A DNA stretch of 64,000 nt from a virus. Shown here one piece after another: positions 30,278 through 40,734 of the stretch; within the stretch, counting starts at the first letter, position 1, and every line of letters begins with the position of its first letter. The notes beneath the pieces are model-generated. The model saw only the letters and a program-made list of their open reading frames with translations. It was not told the DNA's origin and did not search any database. Location: the IMG/VR virus record IMGVR_UViG_3300048014_000057, positions 32,001 through 96,000 of that record; one strand, given 5' to 3'. A program made the translations under genes and the position numbers.

Positions 30278-33026
30278 TTTTACTAAATCCTTTCTCTTTT
30301 TTAAATTCGATTATATTTTCTATTCTATCCTTATTTTTTTCATTATGAGAAATAATAAACACATTTTCATCCTTTGTCAATCTTTTTAAAATATTAAGGT
30401 AAGAATCTATTCCATCTGCATCCATACTACCATCAAGAGTTTCATCAAAAATAAGTAAATTTGTATCGAGTGAATTTCTTCTTTTTGCCACTTCTCTGAA
30501 AGTAAAGAGAAGTGCCAAATTAATTCTCATTTTTTCTCCTTGACTAAAAGACTGAAAAATATGTTCATCACGATATCTAGATTTTATAACTTCATTAAAA
30601 TTTTCATCTACTGTAAATTGACAAATAAAATCCATTTCAAGAAGAAATTTATTTATTAATTCATTAATCACTTCAATATATTGTTTAATAATAGAAGCCT
30701 TGACTCCATCATCTCGAAGAAGTTTAAGTAATATATTCATATTTTCTTTTTGAATTACTAAATTATCATAATTTTTAATATAATTTTCAAGAGAATTTTG
30801 TAATTGTAAAATTTCTTCTGTTTTATCTTCCACATTTTCATTTTTAAAAGAATTAATTTTTATTTTTAATTCATTAGCAAGAGAAGTAATATTTTTTAAT
30901 TCATATAAAATTAAATCAATTTTAGAATTAACTTCTTTCATGGATTTAATAGAATCATTAAATTTATCAATTTCTAATTCTAATTTATCATATGTTCTTT
31001 GGTATATTTTTACCTGATCTAAATTATGAGTATGTTGTATCCTTTTTTCTTGTATAATAATATCCTTAAAAGTTTCATCAATATTTTGATTACATACATT
31101 ACAAACACACGTATTTTCATAATAATACATTTCTTTTTCTAGTTTTTTATTTTCAAGTTTTAAATTATTAATATCACTTCCAAGTTTATAATAAAGTGAT
31201 TCTTTAGTTTTTAATTCATCTTCTATTTTAGAAGTATCAAATTTTTCTGGTATATTCTTCTTTTTTAACAAATATGATTTTCTGTATTCCTCTAATTTTT
31301 CTTCCATTTCTAAAATTTGTTTTTGATTATCTTCTTTTCTTTTTTTATTATATTCTTCCAATAATTTGATTCTATTTTTTAAAGTATTTTGTTCGGTTCT
31401 TAATTCATAGATATTTTTTTCATTATCTTGAATTCTTTTTTTAAGTATTAAATTCATAGAAGAAAATATTTCAAGATCAAGTAAATTTTCTACTATTTTT
31501 CTTCTATCTGGTAAAGGAAGTTCTAAAAAAGGAACATACGAAGCCGAACCCAAAACACAAACTTGACAAAATGCCTTATGATTAATATGAAGAATATTTT
31601 CTTCTAAATATTTTTGATAATCATCTTGGTTTGTATTATTCAATAATACATTATTTTTATATATTTCAAATTTATTAGGTTTTATACCTCTAATAATCTT
31701 ATAAAAATCTTGTCCTATGGTAAATTCTATTTCCACCAGACAATTTTTCTTTGTCATTGAATTAACCAAAAGAGATAAAGTTACTTTTCTAAATGGTTTT
31801 TTAAACAAACAAAAACAAAGAGCATCAAGACAAGTCGAATTATGAGTTACAACATAATTATCAGTTACATATAACTGAGAAGGATGATCAATAGAAATAC
31901 ATTTAACAATTTCTTTTTCAATTTTTTCAATTTTTTCAATTCTTAAACGTAAAGAATCTTTATATTGATAATTTTTACATCTTTCTTTTTTTCTAGATAA
32001 TGAAAATAACTCAGATGGATTTTTATATCTAATATTTAATTGATATGATAATCTTCCTTTCTTTTTTATTCCTTTATTTGTAAAGGAAGGATTTTTTTCT
32101 GAAATTTTACAAATACCACCAATAGAAAATATTAATTCTTGTATATCTTTGGCTAATTCATAACTTGTTGTTGAATAAGAAATAGAACCGTTTCTATCAG
32201 CAGTTCCATCTGTATCCATTAAACCACGTAATAATTCTATTTTTTGATTAAAAGAAATATTTTTATATAATTCTGGAATATTTTTTTCCCAGGATCGTTT
32301 TCCATATAAATTTAATTTTTTTAATTCTTCTTTAAATATGTGTTTTTCATATTTAATACCATAATTAATTCTATAAGAACATCTTGTTTGAACTTTTGAT
32401 AAATGTAATTTTACAATCCTAGGACAAGTAAAATCAAGAATATTTCTTACTTTATTTAATAATTCTTCATCTGTATTTGTTATTGTTACATTACTACTAG
32501 TAAATGATCCATCACCAATTAAAACACCTAATAAATAAGGATTAATTGGTAAATCTACATCTTTTTTTATAAAATTTTCTGCTTCAAAAAGTTGAATAAA
32601 ATGATTATCAGTAAAATTACCTAATGAATTTTCTTTTTCTTTTAAAATTTCTAAAAGAGATAAAATTTTCCATTGCCATTTTGATTCAAAATATCCCCAT
32701 ACTCTAAAAAGATGGTTTTCCCCACATTTAACTTTTCTTCCATCTTTAAATGTAATTTCATATACATTTTCTTCTCCGATAAATGGAATATCAATTACTT
32801 TTGATATATCTCCATTAGCAGATACAATTTCATCTCCAATTTTTATATTACCAATAGTATTCCATCCTAAAGGTGTTAGGATTTTTGAATATAATGGTTG
32901 TGCTTTACCAGCACCATTTATACCAACAATAAGTGAAATAGAATTTTCGTTTAATTTTATTTCTGTCCATTGATTACCAGATGATAAAAAATTCTGGTAA
33001 CGAATAGTATTAAATATTATTTTCAT
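30267..33026 (-). CDS. gp46: recombination endonuclease subunit gp46 (Rad50-like), intein-containing
   Basis: NFLSSGN, G.NGAGK|S, CNVC zinc hook, SFSQGEK.RI.LAL, DETLD, ISH. Confidence 0.96.
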   Translation of the reverse strand: MKIIFNTIRYQNFLSSGNQWTEIKLNENSISLIVGINGAGKAQPLYSKILTPLGWNTIGNIKIGDEIVSANGDISKVIDIPFIGEENVYEITFKDGRKVKCGENHLFRVWGYFESKWQWKILSLLEILKEKENSLGNFTDNHFIQLFEAENFIKKDVDLPINPYLLGVLIGDGSFTSSNVTITNTDEELLNKVRNILDFTCPRIVKLHLSKVQTRCSYRINYGIKYEKHIFKEELKKLNLYGKRSWEKNIPELYKNISFNQKIELLRGLMDTDGTADRNGSISYSTTSYELAKDIQELIFSIGGICKISEKNPSFTNKGIKKKGRLSYQLNIRYKNPSELFSLSRKKERCKNYQYKDSLRLRIEKIEKIEKEIVKCISIDHPSQLYVTDNYVVTHNSTCLDALCFCLFKKPFRKVTLSLLVNSMTKKNCLVEIEFTIGQDFYKIIRGIKPNKFEIYKNNVLLNNTNQDDYQKYLEENILHINHKAFCQVCVLGSASYVPFLELPLPDRRKIVENLLDLEIFSSMNLILKKRIQDNEKNIYELRTEQNTLKNRIKLLEEYNKKRKEDNQKQILEMEEKLEEYRKSYLLKKKNIPEKFDTSKIEDELKTKESLYYKLGSDINNLKLENKKLEKEMYYYENTCVCNVCNQNIDETFKDIIIQEKRIQHTHNLDQVKIYQRTYDKLELEIDKFNDSIKSMKEVNSKIDLILYELKNITSLANELKIKINSFKNENVEDKTEEILQLQNSLENYIKNYDNLVIQKENMNILLKLLRDDGVKASIIKQYIEVINELINKFLLEMDFICQFTVDENFNEVIKSRYRDEHIFQSFSQGEKMRINLALLFTFREVAKRRNSLDTNLLIFDETLDGSMDADGIDSYLNILKRLTKDENVFIISHNEKNKDRIENIIEFKKEKGFSKIVK
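31839..32903 (-). mobile_element. intein (355 aa) with LAGLIDADG endonuclease, Ala1 start
   Basis: GK|AQPLYSKILTP...YLLGVLIGDG...LRGLMDTDG...VKCISID...VVTHN|S; inserted in Walker A. Confidence 0.93.
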
Positions 33027-33428
33027 TTATTAAAATTGACTCAATAATTCTCTTGTTTTAACCGGATCAAGTAAAAGTTCTGTTAAAAAATCTGCTAATT
33101 TTTCATAATCTAATTGTGTAGTCTGATACAGAGACCATTCAGAATGAATATGATCATAAATAAAATCATGATTAGTAATTTTTCCAATAATTAATCTTTT
33201 AATTTTTTCTTTGTCTTTTTTTCTATCTTTTTCTCTTTCCTCATAGAAATTCATTTATTTTTTTATCCTCTATGTTCATGAAAATATTTTTCCACAAAAA
33301 AATGAATATCAGTAATTAAAATATTAAATCTATCAAAATATTTTTCTATTCTATATAGAATAGTACCTAAATATCCTATAATTATTATTAATAATATTGT
33401 TATTAATATAAGAAAATAAAGTACATAA

Positions 33429-34463
33429 TCATTCATTTTGCATGGCCTCTTTATAAATTTCTTCGGTAAGTAATTGTAACTCAGCTTTATATTGAGTGTC
33501 AATAGTAGAAATTTGTTTTTTAAAAATTTCTAAAGTAGATTCAATATTTTGAACAACTTCAGGATTTACAATATCAATTTTTTCTTGTATATCATTAACT
33601 AAAAGATCAATCACTCCAAGATTATGAATTGAATCAATAAAATTTTTAAATTTAGTTTCTGATTTTTTAGAAATAACGTTTACTTTAACATAAGAATTTT
33701 TAGTATTTAAAATGTCTATTTCTTTATCTTCTTCATAATCGATTTTAACAAACATCTTATATGGATTTCTATGGTAATCCAATATTCCAGTATCAGTATC
33801 CAAAATACAAAAACCAGAATCATTGGTATAATCCCCCCAATTGAATTGAAAGCAAGAACCAATGTAATTAATATTGTTGTTATGATTACGAGTGTGATAA
33901 TGGCCGGATAAAACTTTATCAAACCTTTCAAAAATTTTTGGATCATCTCCATGAGTTGATATAATTCCTTTCTGTGTTTCAAAGCCTTTTAATTCCAAAT
34001 GTGCCATACAATATCGTGCCTGTGATTTTTCTATCACCTTTAATGATTCTTCTCTGTTTTCTTGAGAAATCCAAGGAAGGAAAAGAATATTTCCTATTTC
34101 TTGAGGATTATTATATAAGTTAATATTATATTTACCTTCTATTAATTCTTTTAAGGAATTAATATCATTAGTTTGACGATGAAAAACATCATGATTACCA
34201 CAAATAATATCTGCTTTTAATCCATTTTTAATTCGATATGAAAGTGGTTCAAAAAAATCTTCTCTTAATTTTTTTGCAGTTTGTATATTAATTTGTCTTC
34301 GATTATCAACAAGATCACCAAGATGTATAAAATGTTTAATATTATTTTTATCAATATATGGAAATACTACTTCTGAAAAAAAATTATGCATATAGGGATA
34401 AAATGCCTGTGAATCATTTCTACAACCCCAATGTGTATCTGCAATAATTAATATTTTACTCAA
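33429..34463 (-). CDS. gp47: recombination endonuclease subunit gp47 (Mre11-like)
   Basis: DTHWG, HLGDL.D.R, GNHD, SGHYH, YIGS. Confidence 0.95.
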   Translation of the reverse strand: MSKILIIADTHWGCRNDSQAFYPYMHNFFSEVVFPYIDKNNIKHFIHLGDLVDNRRQINIQTAKKLREDFFEPLSYRIKNGLKADIICGNHDVFHRQTNDINSLKELIEGKYNINLYNNPQEIGNILFLPWISQENREESLKVIEKSQARYCMAHLELKGFETQKGIISTHGDDPKIFERFDKVLSGHYHTRNHNNNINYIGSCFQFNWGDYTNDSGFCILDTDTGILDYHRNPYKMFVKIDYEEDKEIDILNTKNSYVKVNVISKKSETKFKNFIDSIHNLGVIDLLVNDIQEKIDIVNPEVVQNIESTLEIFKKQISTIDTQYKAELQLLTEEIYKEAMQNE

Positions 34464-34956
34464 TTAACTAAAAATCCATGTAAAAAACAAAAAAGTTAAA
34501 TTTAAAATACCTAAACATGCTAAAACAACTAATTCGATAATTACAAATGTAATAGTAGAATCTATTACACGTTTTAAAAACCGAAGTATAATTTCTTTAT
34601 AAGTCATATTAATTTCCTTAAAATCCTAATAAAATGGACGTAATTTTAAAAAATCCATATAAAAAAATGAACAAAAAAATAAAATATAGAATAATAACAA
34701 TGGCAAATTGCCACCATTTATACCTATAGTATAGTCTATATATTTTCCATGAAGAAATATAAGGCATTATTTTCTCTTTTTAAAATAAGAATTAGGATTT
34801 TTATTATCCATTTTTAAACTTTCCGAAATGTAATCTCTACATTTTTCAAGTCTAATTTGAAGATTTAATTTTTCATTTTCTGTCCTAGCATTTCTATAGG
34901 AATTAACCAATGAAATAATTAAATCTGGAATATCGTAATCAATTAAAGTAGCAGAA

Positions 34957-35538
34957 TCAACTAGCATTTTGTTCCTCTTTTTTTATTTTTTTAACTTTGT
35001 TTTTAGAGTAATCAAGATTTTTATGGGAAGAATATCCCTTTGAATTATTTTTATTTTTAATTTCAAACTTTTCAATAACTTTATTATGTTCTTCATTATT
35101 AAATGAATCTCCAAATTCATTTAAATCATCTAATGAAAATAATCTTTCAAAATTCTTGTGTTTTGTATAAGATTGTTTTTCTTCTTTGGATATTGTTTGT
35201 ATGAAAATATTCCAGGCTATTTGAGTAAAGTAGGCAAATGGATTAGGATTTTCTTTATTATAGTCTACATCATAACAATGTACCTTTTCCACCATTTTTT
35301 CAATAGCCGAGAGAACCATTTCTTCTTTAAAAGAATAATTAATGAAATTGAATTTATTGGATAATTTATTGGCAATTTGAAAAATACATTCTCCTATATA
35401 TCTAGGAATTTGTATATCTTTATTTTCATTTAATTTTTCATTATAATCTACCAAAGCCTTATAGAAATCAGGACCGTTAATATAATTCTTTTTTGATTTT
35501 GGTTTTCTTACAATACTTCCTGTTTTTTCCTCTGTCAA
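34957..35538 (-). CDS. gp55: late-transcription sigma factor gp55
   Basis: NYIN..DF, YIGECI..IA.KLS.K.NF.NY, NPFAYFTQIAW. Confidence 0.93.
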   Translation of the reverse strand: MTEEKTGSIVRKPKSKKNYINGPDFYKALVDYNEKLNENKDIQIPRYIGECIFQIANKLSNKFNFINYSFKEEMVLSAIEKMVEKVHCYDVDYNKENPNPFAYFTQIAWNIFIQTISKEEKQSYTKHKNFERLFSLDDLNEFGDSFNNEEHNKVIEKFEIKNKNNSKGYSSHKNLDYSKNKVKKIKKEEQNAS

Positions 35539-35645
35539 TTTTTTCCTTTCTTTTTATGAAAATTTTTTTTCTTATTATAATTAAACTTTAAATTTTGTCA
35601 AATGAAAAAATAAAAAAATAATTTCTTAAAGTTCTAAAATATCGC

Positions 35646-35674
35646 TTGACACACTTTTTTCGGGCTGGTATAAT
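35646..35674 (+). promoter_or_regulatory. consensus sigma70 promoter with no downstream ORF
   Basis: TTGACA-17 nt-TATAAT. Confidence 0.8.
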
Positions 35675-35824
35675 AGTAGTATATACTTCAACATATTATA
35701 GTTTGTATTCAACATGTTGAAGTTTATCTTTTCTAAGTCTTTAAATTCTAAATATATAAAGAAGTTATGTTGAAGTAACTTTAAAGTACCTTAGTATATA
35801 GGTTCCCAACGACTAAATGTAAAA

Positions 35825-37252
35825 CTAAATATTAACACTAATTTTTTGATAATTAAATTTTTCATCAAGATACATTTTTTCTCTTTCTTTCATATGGAGA
35901 AATGTGCTAGATTGTTTTTTGGATATTTTATCAGCAATGTCATAAACAGTTAAAAGTTTTTTATCAGGACTTTTTCTCAATCCTCTACCTATGGATTGTA
36001 AAGTCTTAATTCTGGATTTGGTAGGATGAACTAAAATTAAATTATGAAGATTATGAATATTGATTCCAGTGTTAAAAACTTTAGAACATAGTGTTATTGA
36101 ATTTTTTAGAATTTCAATTTCATTTATTATATTTTTTCTTTCCTTAGAATCATTATCACCATCTACATAAAAAACAGGAACTTTACTTTCTCTCTTGATT
36201 TTTTCATAAAGAACTTTTCCATGATCCTTATTATTAAACATAATAAATGTGTTTTCCTTTAATGAAAGTGCTAAGGTTTTTATAAATTGATTTCTTTCAT
36301 CGGAATTTAATAGATAAGAAATTTCATCTTCATAATTAACTCCATATGTATTTTCATAATATGGAGAATTTTTATGATTAAGAATTATAATTTTAAAATC
36401 TACAGGAGATGAAAATCCTCTATCGATTAATTCCTTGGTTGTTATGTATTTATGAATAGGACCAAAAAGGCTTCTAATAGTCATTAGAGATAATTGATCC
36501 TTTATATCTTGTAGAGTTCCTGTCATTCCAATTTTTATATTAGAATTTATTGTTTTTTCCATAAGTTTTTTCAGTGATTTTGATTGGAAAGTATGAACTT
36601 CATCGGCAAGAATGATTTCTTTATCTTCAAACCATGATTTCTTTTCATTGATTAACGATTGATAGGTGGAAATTATTAACTGTTTATCAGTGACTCGACT
36701 TTCACCTTCCATAATTAAATGGACATCCCCTAGGAACCCGTAGGACTTAAAATCTTCATACATCTGTGTCACAAGTGCTATCGTAGGAACTATTAAAACA
36801 GTACGTTTATTAAAATATCTAAAAAAAAGATATAAAATTAAAGATTTACCACTTGACGTACTACTAAGACAAATTATTTTTTTATTCTTGACACCTTCCA
36901 TAAAATATTTTAATTGGTAATCACGAATTTGATATTTTTCTGGAATATTAAGTGTTTTTATAAATTCTAATGCTTCTTTTTCGGTAAAATTATTTTTAGA
37001 AAAATCTCCTTCTAATTTATATTCATAATTTTGTTTTTTTAAAAATGTTTCTAATTCAGGTAATATTCCTAATCCTAGAATGCATGTATTTTTGTTGTAA
37101 AGGGAAACATAACCATCCCAAAATCTATTTTTAAATCTAGGATCAAATTTATAATTAACTGGTCTATATTTAAATTCTTCATAAATTTCTTGATGAATAG
37201 AAACATCGGAACTTATATGAAGATATACTTCATTTAATTTTTTTATTGTTAT
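35825..37252 (-). CDS. uvsW: SF2 helicase UvsW
   Basis: RDYQ, STSSGKS, DEVH, GMTGT, TGINI.NL, LQSIGR.LR. Confidence 0.95.
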   Translation of the reverse strand: MTIKKLNEVYLHISSDVSIHQEIYEEFKYRPVNYKFDPRFKNRFWDGYVSLYNKNTCILGLGILPELETFLKKQNYEYKLEGDFSKNNFTEKEALEFIKTLNIPEKYQIRDYQLKYFMEGVKNKKIICLSSTSSGKSLILYLFFRYFNKRTVLIVPTIALVTQMYEDFKSYGFLGDVHLIMEGESRVTDKQLIISTYQSLINEKKSWFEDKEIILADEVHTFQSKSLKKLMEKTINSNIKIGMTGTLQDIKDQLSLMTIRSLFGPIHKYITTKELIDRGFSSPVDFKIIILNHKNSPYYENTYGVNYEDEISYLLNSDERNQFIKTLALSLKENTFIMFNNKDHGKVLYEKIKRESKVPVFYVDGDNDSKERKNIINEIEILKNSITLCSKVFNTGINIHNLHNLILVHPTKSRIKTLQSIGRGLRKSPDKKLLTVYDIADKISKKQSSTFLHMKEREKMYLDEKFNYQKISVNI

Positions 37253-37686
37253 CATCCACCACTTTCCCATTTTTTAAAAGAAATACATTCTTTAATTTGA
37301 AAACCACGATTTTTTATCATATCCATAATAGCTTTAAGTGTATTAACTTTTTCCAATTGAAATGAAACTTTCAAAGTTGAATCAATAATATCCTGATCTC
37401 CTTCTATATAATCAGGTATTTCGGATTTTAAAATTTTCCCTTGGGGAGGAAGTTCCCATTTTTTTTCAAGTGTTTCTTTGGTTTGACCATATAGATAAAA
37501 ATCTCTTTTTTCTTGTTTTAATTTTTTTAATTCTGATAACATTTTCAAATATAATAAATTTTCATTGTTATAGAATTTAAGATATTTAAAATGTAATTTA
37601 GGAATTTTTAGAGATTCGTCATCAAGAATAATTTCATCAATAAAAGAATCTTTTTCCCATTCTTCATAAATTTCTTCTAATTTCAT
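37252..37686 (-). CDS. uvsY: recombination mediator UvsY
   Basis: W.KDS.ID...L..ESL.IPKLH.KY, RGFQIK..I. Confidence 0.9.
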   Translation of the reverse strand: MKLEEIYEEWEKDSFIDEIILDDESLKIPKLHFKYLKFYNNENLLYLKMLSELKKLKQEKRDFYLYGQTKETLEKKWELPPQGKILKSEIPDYIEGDQDIIDSTLKVSFQLEKVNTLKAIMDMIKNRGFQIKECISFKKWESGG

Positions 37687-37750
37687 TTTTTCTCCATTTG
37701 TCAGAATATTGTACTCATAAATCTGACAATATTATATCATATTATTAAAT

Positions 37751-38275
37751 TTAAGGAAGAGAAATATTATATTTTGTATAATTAAATTGCACAGAAGCTG
37801 TAATATAGGGTAAGGTTTCATCTGTAGTATTAAAATCTGGTCCTGAAAGAGCGGAAGGCCAACATTTTTCAAAAGTAAAAACATAAGATGGATTTTTTTG
37901 AGAATCTAGTGTAAATAATTGTAGAGAAGAATAAATTCCATAACCTAAAAATTCTGGATTGTTTTCTAAAGTTTTATATTTATTTCCAGAATTTAAAGGA
38001 TCACCAATGGCATCAAGCCAATTATTTATTTCAAGCCAATTTTGTAGATCATCTGTTACTTTGAACTTTAATTCGAGCGGATCGTAAATAACGTGATCTC
38101 CCACAGAAGGAATATTTAAGGAAGGACTTGGATATTTAGCTGGAGAAAGTGATTTATTGGGAATTTTTATTTCTTGAAGAAAATATGTAAGTGATGGTGC
38201 TCTTTGTAAAGTAAAGTAAAAATTTAATTTCGAAAGTAAATTTAAACTATTACTGTTGTATGATAATGCAGTCAT
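37751..38275 (-). CDS. gp3: tail completion / sheath stabilizer gp3
   Basis: N.LS...F.F...R.P, GD...Y.PL...F.V.DD..NW.EI.NW, WP..LS...F. Confidence 0.85.
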   Translation of the reverse strand: MTALSYNSNSLNLLSKLNFYFTLQRAPSLTYFLQEIKIPNKSLSPAKYPSPSLNIPSVGDHVIYDPLELKFKVTDDLQNWLEINNWLDAIGDPLNSGNKYKTLENNPEFLGYGIYSSLQLFTLDSQKNPSYVFTFEKCWPSALSGPDFNTTDETLPYITASVQFNYTKYNISLP

Positions 38276-38376
38276 TTTGTAAATATTCCTTTTTTATATA
38301 TTTATTTCTCGTTTTTAGACTTGACAAACAAATTCTTTCATGGGAAACTGAAATTGTTGATTTTTAGGAGAGAAAA

Positions 38377-38754
38377 ATGTCACATGATACGAATGGAAAA
38401 CCATATCTTAAATTCTCAGAAGGTAATCAAGGTGTTGTAGTTATTGTTGATAGTGGTTTTGATTGTATGGAACCATGGTCTGAAAAAATAATTAAATTTG
38501 ATAAAGAATTATTTGAGGACTCTAAAAATTGGAATACGGAATATAAATTAACGAAAGAAGATTGTTTATATATAGATTGTATTTGTACAGAAGATTGTAA
38601 TGAAGATGAAAAACAAAAACATTATATTGATGGACAATTTGAAATGAAAGTTGAAAATGGAGAAATTGTTGAATATTATATTGGCCTTTATTTAAAATCT
38701 TCTTTTACAGAAAAAGAATTAGTGGCTTTACGCCTTAAAGATTTAAGAAAATAA
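38377..38754 (+). CDS. hypothetical protein
   Basis: SD and TTGACA promoter at 38321. Confidence 0.6.
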   Translation: MSHDTNGKPYLKFSEGNQGVVVIVDSGFDCMEPWSEKIIKFDKELFEDSKNWNTEYKLTKEDCLYIDCICTEDCNEDEKQKHYIDGQFEMKVENGEIVEYYIGLYLKSSFTEKELVALRLKDLRK

Positions 38755-38772
38755 TTTTATAGGAGAAATAAA

Positions 38773-39234
38773 ATGTTTAAAGATGGTAATCAAATTCGCT
38801 GTATCAATAATATTGATAATAAATTTCTTGAATTAGGTAAAATCTATACATTTAAATCTTATGATATTTATATAGATTATAATATATTTTTATATCTTGA
38901 AGAAATACCAAATCATTACTTTTTTTCTTTTAGATTTGAATTGGTAAAAGAAAAAAATGTTAATGATCAATTTAATAATAAATATGTAGTAGATGAAATT
39001 TTAATACGTACTAAATATATTAATGAAAATGTTTCTCTAAAAAATTCTATTAATGCAGGATTTAGTGAAGGTTCTGGTTATTATATTGAATTTCCATATA
39101 ATTCTTATACAAAAATGATGATTAAAAGAAAATATTATCTTAATACTAAGACATATGCCCAAATTGGATATCTTTTAAATAGATATAAAGAATTATTTTT
39201 AAATGAAATGTTTGTTTTTGGTAAGGAAAATTAA
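38773..39234 (+). CDS. hypothetical protein; N-domain paralogous to 45552-45812
   Basis: CI.N.....L....IYT...L.EI....F...RF..V. Confidence 0.6.
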   Translation: MFKDGNQIRCINNIDNKFLELGKIYTFKSYDIYIDYNIFLYLEEIPNHYFFSFRFELVKEKNVNDQFNNKYVVDEILIRTKYINENVSLKNSINAGFSEGSGYYIEFPYNSYTKMMIKRKYYLNTKTYAQIGYLLNRYKELFLNEMFVFGKEN

Positions 39235-39235
39235 A

Positions 39236-39607
39236 ATGAACTTTAATTCAGAACAAGAATTATATGAATATATTGGTGAATTTCTAATCCAACAAGGAAA
39301 ACAATCTTACGATATTAATCATAATTCGTGTATGTATCGTGGTCCAAATAATACAAAATGTGCAGTAGGTTGTGTTATTCCAGATAAATTTTATCTTTCT
39401 GGTATGGAATTAATGAGTCTATTTGATATTATGAATTATAAACTTCCTCCATATATTATAGAATATGAATATTTTTTAGTAAGTATGCAAGAATTTCATG
39501 ATAATTCCAAAAATTGGAATGAAAATGGATTAATTATTGAAAAATTAATTAAATTTGGAAAAGAAAATAATTTAGATACAAGTAAATTTGAAATTTTATT
39601 AGAATAA
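39236..39607 (+). CDS. hypothetical protein, paralog of 41395-41760
   Basis: MNFNSEQELYEYIGEFLI.QG...C.YRGPNNTKCAVGCVI. Confidence 0.7.
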   Translation: MNFNSEQELYEYIGEFLIQQGKQSYDINHNSCMYRGPNNTKCAVGCVIPDKFYLSGMELMSLFDIMNYKLPPYIIEYEYFLVSMQEFHDNSKNWNENGLIIEKLIKFGKENNLDTSKFEILLE

Positions 39608-39619
39608 ATAATATATTAT

Positions 39620-39697
39620 TGCGTGGTGGACAAGTCTGGTTAAGTCGTTGGTCTCATAAGCCAAATATCAAAGGTTCAAATCCTTTCTACGCAACCA
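39620..39697 (+). tRNA. tRNA-Met(CAT), initiator-like acceptor stem
   Basis: TGCGTGG...TTGGT CTCATAA GCCAA...TTCAAAT...CTACGCA A CCA. Confidence 0.88.
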
Positions 39698-39701
39698 ATT
39701 T

Positions 39702-39777
39702 CAGGGTAGACGTAGGGTTAGAATACTGCCTCCCTTGGAAGGAGGTCAATCTGGGGCAGCGCCAGATACCCTGACCA
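39702..39777 (+). tRNA. tRNA-Pro(TGG) with atypical T-loop
   Basis: CAGGGTA...CCTCC CTTGGAA GGAGG...TCTGG GGCAGCG CCAGA TACCCTG A CCA. Confidence 0.82.
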
Positions 39778-39837
39778 TTTTAAAGAGGTAAGAGATTGTA
39801 GGTTGCTGTATTTTGATTGGAACCTTCAAAATTTTAT

Positions 39838-39913
39838 GGGCTCGCATGTTCCAAGGGGGCGAACTGCACTTGCAATGCGGTTGTGGTGAATTCGATTTTC
39901 ACCGAGTCCACCA
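39838..39913 (+). tRNA. tRNA-Ala(TGC)
   Basis: GGGCTCG/CGAGTCC with G3-U70; CTGCA CTTGCAA TGCGG; A CCA. Confidence 0.9.
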
Positions 39914-39923
39914 TATTTAATTT

Positions 39924-40016
39924 GGGAAGGCTGCTAAGATGGCGGTTTAGCAGCCGTCTATAAAACGGTTCCATTTGTGGTAAACATTGTAGGTTCGAAT
40001 CCTACCTTTCCCACCA
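39924..40016 (+). tRNA. tRNA-Tyr with anticodon ATA, long variable arm
   Basis: GCCGT CT ATA AA ACGGT; variable arm CCA TTTG TGG; GTAGG TTCGAAT CCTAC; A CCA. Confidence 0.85.
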
Positions 40017-40278
40017 AATTAAAGAATTATAATGAAAATATATTCTATATTAGAAGCTATTGATATGACAAAAAAATTATTATTAGATAAAAAATTTAAT
40101 ATAATAAGAAAAACAAAAACTTCAATTTATATGAGTAAAAATAAGAAAAAAATAAGAATTTCCGATCATTTTCTTTATGATTCAATTGACATTGTCCATC
40201 AAATAATATATAAAAAACCTACAATATTAGTTGATATAGAATATCATGTAGAACAAACTATAGTAAAGGTATTAAAAA

Positions 40279-40734
40279 ATGAATAATAAAAAATTATTTA
40301 AATTATGTGAACAAATTGCATTAAATTCTCCTGATTCTTCTAGAAAAATTGGTTGTATTATCTTAAATAGTGAAGATAATATTTTAAGTTTTGGTTGGAA
40401 TGACTTTCCTTTTAATGTGGATGTAAACGAACAAAGACTTTCCAAAGAAAATGGTGAAAAATATCACTGGATGTGTCATGCAGAAGAAAAAACAATCTTA
40501 TCATGTTTAAGAAGTGGTAAAGATTTATATCATTCTAAAATTTATACAACTTTATTTCCTTGTTCTTCTTGTGCAAGATTGATAATTGAGTCTGGAATAA
40601 AGGAAGTAAATACATTTGAGATTCCAGAAAATGACAAAACTTATTCTAGAAGTTTTGAAGTTTCCCAAATAATGTTTAATGAAGTTGGTATTAAGGTTAA
40701 TATTTTTAATAGAGAGGATATTTTAAATGGATAA
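40279..40734 (+). CDS. cd: dCMP deaminase
   Basis: S.D...KIG.II, GWN.FP, HAE, TLFPCSSCA..II..GI. Confidence 0.9.
   Translation: MNNKKLFKLCEQIALNSPDSSRKIGCIILNSEDNILSFGWNDFPFNVDVNEQRLSKENGEKYHWMCHAEEKTILSCLRSGKDLYHSKIYTTLFPCSSCARLIIESGIKEVNTFEIPENDKTYSRSFEVSQIMFNEVGIKVNIFNREDILNG

Noticed and set aside
39778-39837. Spacer within the tRNA cluster as another tRNA
   Set aside because: No acceptor pairing, T-arm or CCA found
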